A stretch of DNA of 64,000 nucleotides. Source: a virus (taxonomy: Duplodnaviria; Heunggongvirae; Uroviricota; Caudoviricetes). Numbering within the stretch: position 1 is the first letter of the stretch; the number at the start of each line of letters is the position of its first letter. The position numbers and the translations under genes are program-made. A model generated the notes under the pieces. It saw only the letters and a list, made by a program, of their open reading frames with translations. It did not search any database and had not been told where the DNA came from. Below, one piece after another: positions 37,422 through 45,498 of this stretch. The DNA is taken from the IMG/VR virus record IMGVR_UViG_3300025913_000018; one strand, given 5' to 3'.

Positions 37422-37814
37422 TTCGCTTTCGTCTGTGGGTCGATCGTCGTGGAGGTCTTGCATCCGGGGGTCGTCGCTCGGACGATTCGGACAGACCGAC
37501 ATCCCCTCGTGATCCGGGCCTCCGCATCCCGGACACTTCGCCAGTCCGACGTCGAAGCCACAGGGACGGCAGATCGTCCGACCGTCTCGGCGCTCGCAGT
37601 CGCGATGCTCGCAAGGAGCGTCTGGCTTCTCGTGAGAGAGGAACTGGTTGAGGGTCCCGTCGCTTTTGAAGAGCCAGATCGCCCAATTGGGGCGGCCATC
37701 GGGGTACCGAAGAACCACGATCGTGTCGTCCGGTCCGGTGAAGTGGTCGACGGTGTAGCGGGTCCCGTCCCTACCGATCAGCGTCTCGTTCACCCGAGGC
37801 TTCCGCGTCAGCAT
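37416..37814 (-). CDS. Hypothetical protein with C-terminal Cys/His zinc-binding motifs
   Basis: CEHRDC, CRPC, CPGC. Confidence 0.6.
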   Translation of the reverse strand: MLTRKPRVNETLIGRDGTRYTVDHFTGPDDTIVVLRYPDGRPNWAIWLFKSDGTLNQFLSHEKPDAPCEHRDCERRDGRTICRPCGFDVGLAKCPGCGGPDHEGMSVCPNRPSDDPRMQDLHDDRPTDESEV

Positions 37815-38027
37815 CTACTCCTCCTCGAAGGCGGGGGAGAGGTTCGCGATCTCGCGGTCGATCTCGCGACGCTGATGAAGAGCTGCCTCCAGCTTGTAGA
37901 GCCGGATCAACTCGTCATGGATCGCATGAGCCGAACCCTCGGAGAAGACGATGACGCGCTTCCCGTCCTTCCAGGAGCCTTCGGTGCGGATCTTCTCCGC
38001 CAGCTTCTGGAGATCGACGCGAGTCAA
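37815..38027 (-). CDS. Small hypothetical protein (70 aa)
   Basis: TTGA coupling at 38027. Confidence 0.55.
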   Translation of the reverse strand: MTRVDLQKLAEKIRTEGSWKDGKRVIVFSEGSAHAIHDELIRLYKLEAALHQRREIDREIANLSPAFEEE

Positions 38028-38263
38028 GACCGCGTTCCCGGACCGAAGCGATGGCCACAACCGTCGCAGCGGTAGACGACCTGGGAGGGCGAGTCCCCGT
38101 TGTCCTCGATCGAGGTACAGCCGCAGTGAGGACACTCGTCCCCGTTCGCGTGACGGACAGCCTGGGCGAGGGTCGAGACGCGCTTCGCGCGCTCCTTCTC
38201 GGGGATCTTCGCGAGCATGATGTCGAGGTACATCGAGTCCGCGGTCTGGGTTTCGTTTCTCAT
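38024..38263 (-). CDS. Zinc-ribbon protein (79 aa)
   Basis: CPHCG...CDGCGHRF. Confidence 0.65.
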   Translation of the reverse strand: MRNETQTADSMYLDIMLAKIPEKERAKRVSTLAQAVRHANGDECPHCGCTSIEDNGDSPSQVVYRCDGCGHRFGPGTRS

Positions 38264-38269
38264 GTTCGT

Positions 38270-38297
38270 ATAACGGAAGCGACGGGAGTTTCTACAC
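38270..38297 (-). promoter_or_regulatory. Bipartite promoter-like motif GTGTAG-N16-CGTTAT
   Basis: 6 nt to ATG at 38263. Confidence 0.65.
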
Positions 38298-38684
38298 TCA
38301 CTCGTCCGATTCCGAACCTTTCGCGTCGAGCGCGGCAAGGGCGTTCGAGAGGGCCCGCCACTGCTGAGCCGTGACCACGTACTCTTCCCCTCCACCCGAC
38401 CCGAACGCGGTGACCCCCTTCGCGCGCTCCATTCCGGACAGGAAGACTTCCGGCATGAGGAACGCCCGGGCCGCCTCGACTACGGCTGCGCGCGCCGTCT
38501 CGACCGGGGAGAGAGATTCCTCGATCGTTCCCCTCACGAGAGCGGCGGCCCGCTGGGCGCCGAACTTCGTTCTGTAGATCATCGCGCTGTAGCCGCCAGG
38601 GCCGATCTGAACCTCCGGCTTGAACCCGCCGTTGCGAGTCAGGATCATCTTCGGGTTCGACCCGCTGCGTACGATGTAGTTCAT
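38298..38684 (-). CDS. Hypothetical protein (128 aa)
   Basis: SD GAGGAG. Confidence 0.6.
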   Translation of the reverse strand: MNYIVRSGSNPKMILTRNGGFKPEVQIGPGGYSAMIYRTKFGAQRAAALVRGTIEESLSPVETARAAVVEAARAFLMPEVFLSGMERAKGVTAFGSGGGEEYVVTAQQWRALSNALAALDAKGSESDE

Positions 38685-38694
38685 GATTCTCTCC

Positions 38695-39015
38695 TCAAAA
38701 CGGAATGTCGTCCGAGTCGTCCACCGGAAGGGCCGGAGCCGAGACGACGAAGACCGTCGGCGGAAGACCCGCAGCGATCCGAGCCGCTTCCTCCGCCTCC
38801 CACTCTTCCTGCTCGTACGCTGCTGCGCTCTCGAAGAAGAGATCCGCGTCCGCGATCGTCGCCGCGTAACGCTCGTGGTTGTCGTCGTAGGCCGCGCCCG
38901 CCTCGTGATCCTCGTGCTCACGACGGTGGTCGCCCTGGTAGGGGTCCTGAGTCGGGCAGATGAGGTAGCAGGGGCTCGCTCCGCAAGTACCGCAAACCGT
39001 CTTTTCGTTCGTCAT
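38695..39015 (-). CDS. Acidic hypothetical protein with N-terminal CxxC motif (106 aa)
   Basis: CGTCGASPCYLIC; ends DDIPF, an SSB-like acidic tail. Confidence 0.6.
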   Translation of the reverse strand: MTNEKTVCGTCGASPCYLICPTQDPYQGDHRREHEDHEAGAAYDDNHERYAATIADADLFFESAAAYEQEEWEAEEAARIAAGLPPTVFVVSAPALPVDDSDDIPF

Positions 39016-39034
39016 GTTCGCCGTCTCCGCCCAT

Positions 39035-39062
39035 GTAACGAACGAGTCCGAGACGTCTACAC
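39035..39062 (-). promoter_or_regulatory. Bipartite promoter-like motif GTGTAG-N16-CGTTAC
   Basis: Exact spacer; extended CGTTCGTTAC is shared with the 58298 copy. Confidence 0.7.
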
Positions 39063-39066
39063 TCCA

Positions 39067-39153
39067 GAAACTACACTCGTCCCGGGAACGGACGTCTTCG
39101 CACCCAGAGCTTAGAACCGGGGCTCGGCCCGTCCCCAGGACGAGTGTAGTTTC
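39067..39153. repeat. 25-bp inverted repeat (23/25 identical) with a 37-nt spacer
   Basis: gaaactacactcgtcccgggaacgg (39067-39091) versus the reverse complement of ccgtccccaggacgagtgtagtttc (39129-39153); outer 16 bp perfect. Confidence 0.85.
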
Positions 39154-39166
39154 GGGTAGTTACGGC

Positions 39167-40108
39167 TCAGCGGGCCTTCTTCGGGACCGAGATCCAGCCC
39201 TTCGGACCCCTCGCGAAGTTCTCGGTCTCCCACTCTCCACGCGTCTTCACCCGGAGGTAGACCGCGCTGGCGAAGATGTTCTCCGACAGGGCGTCGTACT
39301 TCTCGAACGTCTCGGTCATGAACTTCGTGACCTCGTCGCGGGTCTGGAAGTAGCGCTCCATGGTCTCCGTCCCGTCGGCCGCTCGGAGGTGGACCGAGAT
39401 CGTCCCCATGTCGATCGCGACCTTCCGAGCGGCCTCGATCCGGAGCTTGTTCACGGTCGGCGAGATCCCCCCGTCGTACGTCCGCTTCAGGCGATCGAGC
39501 GTCTCGTAGAGCCACGGATCCGAGACCTTGTTGTCCTCGCGCTTCTCCATCGGGTGGTGGTGACGCGTCTCCTTCTCGATGATCGCGTCGATGATCGCGT
39601 CGAGGACGGCCGTCTTGTCGGCGAGTGAGGCGTCGCTCTGAAAGAGCTGGATCGCCTTCGCGATGTCGTCCTTCCGCTTCGCGCGGCCCTCCTCCTGCTT
39701 CTTCCGTTCGAGGTCCTTCTGCTCGATCCGCTGGTACGAAGCTTCGCGAAGCTCCCCCGGGTCGAACCCGGCCGACCGGATGATGTTGTTGATCACTCCC
39801 TCGAACTCGCGCCCGAAGTGCTTGTCGCCCATCGCGTACGTCCACGGCTGGGTCCCGAAGAAGGGGGTCTTCTCGAACTCCTGGCCCTTCTCCAGCCAGC
39901 CTTCCTTCTCGCCCGCCTTGTGCATGGCCTTCTGGACCTCGGGGTAGAGATGGAACTCGGGAACCCACGAGAGGAACTTCAGAAAGGCTTCGCGAAGCTC
40001 GGAGCCGGTCGAGTCGTTGCACTTGTGGTGCAGCTCGTCCCCGCACTCGGGGCACATGATCTTGAACTCGACGGGGCGGTGGTAGGGGCGTTCGTAGGTC
40101 ATGGTCAC
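39167..40108 (-). CDS. Hypothetical protein (313 aa) with N-terminal CPEC motif
   Basis: Long coupled ORF. Confidence 0.75.
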   Translation of the reverse strand: MTMTYERPYHRPVEFKIMCPECGDELHHKCNDSTGSELREAFLKFLSWVPEFHLYPEVQKAMHKAGEKEGWLEKGQEFEKTPFFGTQPWTYAMGDKHFGREFEGVINNIIRSAGFDPGELREASYQRIEQKDLERKKQEEGRAKRKDDIAKAIQLFQSDASLADKTAVLDAIIDAIIEKETRHHHPMEKREDNKVSDPWLYETLDRLKRTYDGGISPTVNKLRIEAARKVAIDMGTISVHLRAADGTETMERYFQTRDEVTKFMTETFEKYDALSENIFASAVYLRVKTRGEWETENFARGPKGWISVPKKAR

Positions 40109-40473
40109 TTCACTCCGTTCACGAGGTTGCAGATCAGGCGAGCGTCGGCGTTGGACGCTTCGTTGAGTATCGAACCGCTCATCTCGCAGACGACGGTCTG
40201 ACGATCGTCATCGGCGACGATCCGAAGGCGACCCGTGCTCCGGTCCTCGCGCCAGGGACGCTGAGAGATCGTCGAGGGCAGGAGAGGCGCCATGCCCATG
40301 AGAACCGGCGCGACCTCGGCCTGCCTGTACTCCAGGTGCGAAGCGAGGAAGGCGATGGCTTCCGCCTCGCTCTCGAAGATCAGCGGAAGACCTTCGAGGT
40401 AGTAGAGACGATCTCGAAACTGAGCGACGGCCAGAGACGCCGGCATGACGAGCGCGAAGAACTTGGACACCAT
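40105..40473 (-). CDS. Hypothetical protein (122 aa)
   Basis: SD GGAGG; downstream of a bipartite promoter. Confidence 0.65.
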   Translation of the reverse strand: MVSKFFALVMPASLAVAQFRDRLYYLEGLPLIFESEAEAIAFLASHLEYRQAEVAPVLMGMAPLLPSTISQRPWREDRSTGRLRIVADDDRQTVVCEMSGSILNEASNADARLICNLVNGVK

Positions 40474-40491
40474 CTTGGAACCTCCAAGCTC

Positions 40492-40519
40492 GTAACGGAC
40501 GAGCCGAGGATCCTTACAC
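40492..40519 (-). promoter_or_regulatory. Bipartite promoter-like motif GTGTAA-N16-CGTTAC
   Basis: Exact spacer, intergenic. Confidence 0.7.
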
Positions 40520-40982
40520 TCAAAGATTGAGAAGACGAACGGCGCGCTCGACGTGCACTCGAAGAAGCCCAGTCTCAAAGTCCGTTTTCACCAGGAAGGG
40601 CGGGAAGTTACCCAGCTCGCCCCAATCCAAGTCCATGTCGTCCAAGACGACGAAAGAATCGGGGTGGTACTGGAGAAGAACCTCTCGGATCTCATCGACC
40701 CGCGTGTAGGCTCGGTAGTCGAGACCTCCGGATCCCGAAACGACTTCCCACTGGAGGATGGGGGTGACTCCTCGGATCTTCGGCCTCAGCCCGGCCTGAG
40801 CGAGAACGACGCTCATCCTCGGGTCCGACCGAGTACTGGAGGAGAGGAACACCTCCGCGCCCGTACGCTTGACGATCTCGTTCACGAAATCGACCCGCTC
40901 GGGATCGATCCACCTCACGAGGTGCTCGATCGTAGGCCTTGTAGTTGAGGACCCCGTCTACGTCCAGGAAGAGGATCTTCAC
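40520..40982 (-). pseudogene. Swiss-army-knife RNA-repair-type HAD phosphatase split by a frameshift
   Basis: ILFLDVDGVLN (from GTG at 40982) is in a different frame from IDPERV...FLSSSTR...GVTP...FVVLDD...KTD...GL. Total span is 463 nt (3n+1). Confidence 0.7.
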
Positions 40983-41479
40983 GGTCGCGGCCGGCGCTTC
41001 TCTCGCTTCGTCTCCGTCAGTACCTCGACGGCGAGGCGGAGAAGCTCGGCGTTCGCCTTCCAGTTGTCGAAGGCCGACTGGTTCACCGCGACCTTCATCT
41101 GGCTCTCGCAGGCAATCGCCATCGCCTCGATGTCTCCGATGACGATCGTCTTCATCGTCCTTCGACGATCCTTCCGCCACCGCTCGACCGCTGAGTCCAC
41201 CTTCGGGACGTGTCGACGCCTCAGCCGGGGCTTCGGGTACGGGGGCTCCCCCTGAGGCGCCTTCTGGTTTGAGGAGACCGAGAGAGTCGACGTCGCGACC
41301 CACTCCGACTTCCCGTTCGCCCAAGTGACCTGGACCTCGTTGTACCGAAGAGGGTCAGTAGGATCGGAAGAAGAACGATCGAGACGAAGGGCGGTGATGG
41401 AGCCGCGGTGCTTCTCGGAAGACCCGTCGCACGACGGTCCGCACACCTTCATCCCTATCCTCGGAACCGTATTGAGCAT
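40979..41479 (-). CDS. Hypothetical protein (166 aa)
   Basis: Coupled ORF. Confidence 0.6.
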   Translation of the reverse strand: MLNTVPRIGMKVCGPSCDGSSEKHRGSITALRLDRSSSDPTDPLRYNEVQVTWANGKSEWVATSTLSVSSNQKAPQGEPPYPKPRLRRRHVPKVDSAVERWRKDRRRTMKTIVIGDIEAMAIACESQMKVAVNQSAFDNWKANAELLRLAVEVLTETKREKRRPRP

Positions 41480-41482
41480 GAC

Positions 41483-41938
41483 TTACCTCAGGACTTGGGC
41501 GAGAACCGCCGTGTAGCTGATGTGTTCGACGAAGGCGGCCTCTTGGATCCACTTCGCCTTATCTCCACGCGCGAGAGTCAACGCGATACTCCGACGGCCA
41601 GAAGGATTGTGGCTCCAGATCAGCGCGGGAACGTTGAAGGGCTCGACCTCGTGGGCGGCGTCGTGGCCCGTCTTCCCCTCCGAGTCATACTTCATGAGCA
41701 TGTCGTTCTCCGACATGTACATTCCCTCGGGAGGCTTCTGCTGACCGAGGTCGTGGTCGAAGATCACGAGCTTCAGGTTCGCTCGGTTCTCGGAGACCGC
41801 CGCCACGAACTCCTTCACTTCCGCGAAGGCGAGGATCTTGTACTGAGGGAGAACCTTCCTCAGCCAGACGACCCGAGTCTCGGAGTCCTCAAGAACGACG
41901 ATCGTTCCTTTTGTCGGAGTGGCGACCTTCTTCTTCAT
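41483..41938 (-). CDS. Cyclic-phosphate-processing receiver-domain protein
   Basis: VVLEDS, IFDHDLG, KTGHD and WSHNPSG motifs. Confidence 0.7.
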   Translation of the reverse strand: MKKKVATPTKGTIVVLEDSETRVVWLRKVLPQYKILAFAEVKEFVAAVSENRANLKLVIFDHDLGQQKPPEGMYMSENDMLMKYDSEGKTGHDAAHEVEPFNVPALIWSHNPSGRRSIALTLARGDKAKWIQEAAFVEHISYTAVLAQVLR

Positions 41939-42039
41939 CGTCCTTACTTACGCCCAAGAGGCGAGCAATTCGGATCAGAAGTCTTCCGATGAAGCTGGCC
42001 TTGAAGTCGGGGAGGGAACTGTAGCCCATGGGAGATCTC

Positions 42040-42390
42040 CTACGCCGCACCTTCGAGGGCGACGCTCCGAAGAAGCTGAATCACTTCTTCACGGTTCCGG
42101 TATCGACCCTCATCGTACTCCCACATGTGGGGAGCCCCGTAGGAGAGCTTCCGACAGATCGCGGCAACGGCCATTCGGAAGTCCGCCGAGGTCGTGGGGT
42201 ATTGATCCCCGTCCGCCGCCTCCAGGGCCCCTTCGATATCGCGAGCCCCGTTCAGGACCTTTCGCTTCATCGGGTTCCACCCGTACGTCTCCATGTACAG
42301 GACGGCCCTCAGGATCAGAGCGCAGCACCCCGGACTCGGCACCCCGCCCCGAACGATGAACTTCGACTCGACGTTGTCTCGTTCACTCAT
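42040..42390 (-). CDS. DUF6197-like helical phage protein
   Basis: YGW...IEGAL...WEYDEGRYRNREEVIQLLR pattern. Confidence 0.5.
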   Translation of the reverse strand: MSERDNVESKFIVRGGVPSPGCCALILRAVLYMETYGWNPMKRKVLNGARDIEGALEAADGDQYPTTSADFRMAVAAICRKLSYGAPHMWEYDEGRYRNREEVIQLLRSVALEGAA

Positions 42391-42601
42391 GCTTCTTCAT
42401 GAACTCATCGACCATGTCGAAGTAGTCGCGGAGAGCGAGACGAGCCTTCTCGCGGGCCGCCCACAACGCCTTCGCGTCGCTACTACCCCGAAGATTGGCG
42501 TGTTCGAGGACGTCGACCACCACACTATGGGCGAGATCGAGAGCTGCTTCGCTAGAGGCGCGAAACTTCTCTCGGAGGTTACGGGAGTTGACGTAGATCA
42601 T
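42383..42601 (-). CDS. Small hypothetical protein (72 aa)
   Basis: ORF in array. Confidence 0.55.
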   Translation of the reverse strand: MIYVNSRNLREKFRASSEAALDLAHSVVVDVLEHANLRGSSDAKALWAAREKARLALRDYFDMVDEFMKKHE

Positions 42602-42602
42602 G

Positions 42603-42959
42603 TCAACCGAATCCGAAGTTGATGGTCTGGGTGAGGCTCGAAGGCTTCTTCACTTCCTTCACGAGCGGGTTGTTCCCACGCTTCCGTGAGTAGGAGGCCT
42701 TGAACCAGCGTTCGGACTTCGCGAGCGCGATGAGACCGGAGGGAACCTCCTCGATCACCGCGTGGGTGTAGTAGCCCGCCTCGAAGAGGTCGGTGTGGTT
42801 CTCGATCACGGCGGTCGCCGCGTCCTTCGCGTTCGGGTACCAGCCCCACGCGCGGGTTCGTTGGATCTCCTCCCCGTGAAGGGAGAGAGCCGTCACGAGG
42901 AAGATGTTCTTCCCCTTCGGTCGACGAATTGGGAAGCTTTGGAAGTGAGTTACTTTCAC
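42603..42959 (-). CDS. Hypothetical phage protein (RAWGWY...AVIEEV motif)
   Basis: ORF in array. Confidence 0.65.
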   Translation of the reverse strand: MKVTHFQSFPIRRPKGKNIFLVTALSLHGEEIQRTRAWGWYPNAKDAATAVIENHTDLFEAGYYTHAVIEEVPSGLIALAKSERWFKASYSRKRGNNPLVKEVKKPSSLTQTINFGFG

Positions 42960-42969
42960 AGAGAGGTCC

Positions 42970-43293
42970 TTACTCCGAACGGCGTTTCCGAGTTCCGCCT
43001 CGTTGATACTCGGAGAGAGGAATGAACAGCCCGCCCTGGCGTTCAGCGACGACGAACGTGTCTTCCGGGGTTTCGTTCGGGGCGAACCCTTTCAACCCTG
43101 CGGCTCCTGCGAGCGGGCCCGCATAAGACCCGTTGTCCTCCCAGATGAGCTTGTAGTCGCCCTTCCGGGTCGTCGGGACTGGACATACGAGGAGACCGGT
43201 CTCCACATGCCGGTACATTCCGAGTCCGGGCGCCCGAGGCTCGTATTTCCAGGTACCTCCGTGGTAGTCGCGGAGGATGTCGATCACTCTCAT
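42970..43293 (-). CDS. Hypothetical protein (107 aa)
   Basis: ORF in array. Confidence 0.55.
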   Translation of the reverse strand: MRVIDILRDYHGGTWKYEPRAPGLGMYRHVETGLLVCPVPTTRKGDYKLIWEDNGSYAGPLAGAAGLKGFAPNETPEDTFVVAERQGGLFIPLSEYQRGGTRKRRSE

Positions 43294-43294
43294 C

Positions 43295-43600
43295 TCACTC
43301 CTCGACCTTCACTAGCTTCCCGAAGATCTGAGCCGCGGAGGTCCAGCCGTTGACGTGGCCGCGGTTGTTCCCGATCTGGAAGTGGCTCTTCGAGATCGCG
43401 CGGATAAGGTGGAGGTACTGAGAGCCCTTCACCTTGCACAGGACGACGTCCCCGACTTCGAGCTTCGAGTGATCGGGGATCGGTTCGACCGTACAGAGAT
43501 TCCCTGAGCTGATCCGACCTTCCATCGAGTGGCCCCGAGGACGGAACGAGACCATCTCGCCCTTACGAAGCCTCTCGATGTATCCGGTCGCCCAAGACAT
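43295..43600 (-). CDS. Peptidase S24/S26-like protein
   Basis: PRGHSMEGRI...GDVV...YLHLI...IGNN, matching the G-x-S-M nucleophile motif. Confidence 0.6.
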   Translation of the reverse strand: MSWATGYIERLRKGEMVSFRPRGHSMEGRISSGNLCTVEPIPDHSKLEVGDVVLCKVKGSQYLHLIRAISKSHFQIGNNRGHVNGWTSAAQIFGKLVKVEE

Positions 43601-43603
43601 GTC

Positions 43604-43786
43604 TTAAACCTTTGTCTTCTTGTGGTTTGCGTATCGGCCTCGAACCGTAACGCGCACCCGTCTCCCGCACTTTGGACAATCGGCCCTAAGATCAAGCCCA
43701 ACGTCTCCGGGAGATGGGGCCAGACGCCAGGGCGCGTCGCACGCGCCTTTCTGGAGAGCGACGAGCCGACGAATGTTGACGTCCAT
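43604..43786 (-). CDS. Small zinc-ribbon-like protein (60 aa)
   Basis: TGATG coupling to rtcB; CPKCG. Confidence 0.5.
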   Translation of the reverse strand: MDVNIRRLVALQKGACDAPWRLAPSPGDVGLDLRADCPKCGRRVRVTVRGRYANHKKTKV

Positions 43787-44994
43787 CAACCCTTCACGCA
43801 GAGGACTTGCTTGAGCTGGGCTTCGACCTCGACGAGATCCGTCTGGTTCTCCATGACGACGTCGATGTCCTTGTAGGCCGCCGGGATCTCGTCGATCACC
43901 GCCGCGTCCTTCCGACACTCGACACCGGACGTCTGAGCGATCACGTCCTCGACCTTGTAGAGCTTCTTCGCCGCCGCTCGACTCATCTTCCGACCCGCGC
44001 CGTGGGAGGCGGAGTGGAAGCTGTCCTCGTTCCCGAGGCCGCGAACGATGAAGGACTTCGTCCCCATGGACCCGGGGATGATGCCCATCTCGCCCTTCTT
44101 CGCCGAGATCGCCCCCTTCCGCGTCACGACGACGTCCTCTCCGAAGTGGCACTCCTCGGAGACGTAGTTGTGGTGACACGAGATCGGCTTCTCGAACCGA
44201 ACGGTCCGACCCTTCGCCTGGAAGAAGTCGCGGATGATGTCCTGGTAGACCTCCAGCATGACCCGGCGGTTCTCGGCGGCGTACCGCTGAGCCCAGTACA
44301 GATCGCGACGATAGTCCTCCATCTCCCTCGTCCCCATGAGGAAGACGGCGAGGTCCGGATCCAGGATTCGCGGGTCGTGGTTGTGGGTGAGCTTCTTCGC
44401 GATCGAGATGTGGATCTCGGCGAGAGTCTTCCCAATGTTCCGGCTTCCGGAGTGGAGCATCAGCCAGACCGAGCCCTTCGTATCGAGGCACAGCTCGATG
44501 AAGTGGTTCCCGCCCCCGAGCGTTCCCATCTGGCTCTGGGCGCGGCCGTAGAGGTCCTGGACCTTCGGGTGGAGGAGCTTGAACTCGGTCCACAGGACGT
44601 TCGTCTTTGCGTTGGCGTGGACCTTGTCTCGTCCGCCCTCTGGGCCATTGCCGACCGGGATCTTCGCTTCGAGGGTCGAGCGGATCTCGGAGAGCGAGAC
44701 CGGGAGATCGGAAGCGTCGAGGTCGGTCTTCACCGCCGCCATGCCGCAGCCGATGTCGACCCCGACCGCCGCAGGGGAGACCGCTCCCTTCATCGCGATC
44801 ACGCTTCCGACGGTAGCTCCGACGCCGAGGTGGACGTCGGCCATCGCCGCGACGTGATGGTAGACCCACGGCAGGGCCGAGATCTTCCGGAGCTGGGTGA
44901 GGGCCGCCGACTCGACGGTGGAGATGTCGCTCCACACCCGAACCGGAACGCCCGGGTGCTTCTCGTGGCCGCCCTTGATTTCTTGGAAAGACAT
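43786..44994 (-). CDS. rtcB: RNA 3'-phosphate/cyclic-phosphate ligase RtcB
   Basis: MADVH, VGVDIGCGM, GTLGGGNHFIE, HSGSR, HHNY, TRKGA, PGSMG, SASHGAGR and YKDI: all canonical motifs present. Confidence 0.95.
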   Translation of the reverse strand: MSFQEIKGGHEKHPGVPVRVWSDISTVESAALTQLRKISALPWVYHHVAAMADVHLGVGATVGSVIAMKGAVSPAAVGVDIGCGMAAVKTDLDASDLPVSLSEIRSTLEAKIPVGNGPEGGRDKVHANAKTNVLWTEFKLLHPKVQDLYGRAQSQMGTLGGGNHFIELCLDTKGSVWLMLHSGSRNIGKTLAEIHISIAKKLTHNHDPRILDPDLAVFLMGTREMEDYRRDLYWAQRYAAENRRVMLEVYQDIIRDFFQAKGRTVRFEKPISCHHNYVSEECHFGEDVVVTRKGAISAKKGEMGIIPGSMGTKSFIVRGLGNEDSFHSASHGAGRKMSRAAAKKLYKVEDVIAQTSGVECRKDAAVIDEIPAAYKDIDVVMENQTDLVEVEAQLKQVLCVKG

Positions 44995-45004
44995 AGCGAA
45001 GACC

Positions 45005-45178
45005 TTACGCCTCTCCTTTTGAACACGCTTGGCAGAGGATCGACAACGTCGGCTCGTTCGGCAGGAGCATCACCGTAATCCGGACCCCACAGTCGCAACA
45101 CCTCGTACACCACAGACCCCCCGTCGACCGGTAGGGCTTCGGCGGGGCCGTGTAGGTGAAGACGGTGAAGAACTTCAC
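45005..45178 (-). CDS. Small Cys-rich protein (57 aa; absent from the ORF track)
   Basis: GTGA coupling; CTRCCDC...CQAC; ends GCG-TAA. Confidence 0.5.
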   Translation of the reverse strand: MKFFTVFTYTAPPKPYRSTGGLWCTRCCDCGVRITVMLLPNEPTLSILCQACSKGEA

Positions 45179-45498
45179 GGCCCGGACCCCAAGGATTCGA
45201 AGGAGCTTCGGATCTCCGCCTCCGTTACCGGGTCGAGGAAGAGGATGCAGTCGTAACCGTATCCGTCGTCCAGCTCACCCCACTTCTTCCGGGCTTCGCG
45301 CCAGGTGAAGACCCGAACGTTACTTGGGTTCATGTGGTCCCATCCCCCACCAGAGAGGTGAGGTACGAGAACCTCAATTCGTCGGTTCGACACCTTCTTC
45401 ACGAGCCCGTAGTAGAGACAGCCTGGGATCGTGCGATGTACGAAGTAGTAGACCGCGGTTCCGACCTTCGGATTTCGAACATTCGTCTCGAAGTTCAT
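45175..45498 (-). CDS. Hypothetical protein (107 aa)
   Basis: ATGA coupling. Confidence 0.6.
   Translation of the reverse strand: MNFETNVRNPKVGTAVYYFVHRTIPGCLYYGLVKKVSNRRIEVLVPHLSGGGWDHMNPSNVRVFTWREARKKWGELDDGYGYDCILFLDPVTEAEIRSSFESLGSGP

Noticed and set aside
39067-39153. Inverted repeat as IS or transposon ends
   Set aside because: No transposase nearby, no target-site duplication, and the spacer is only 37 nt.
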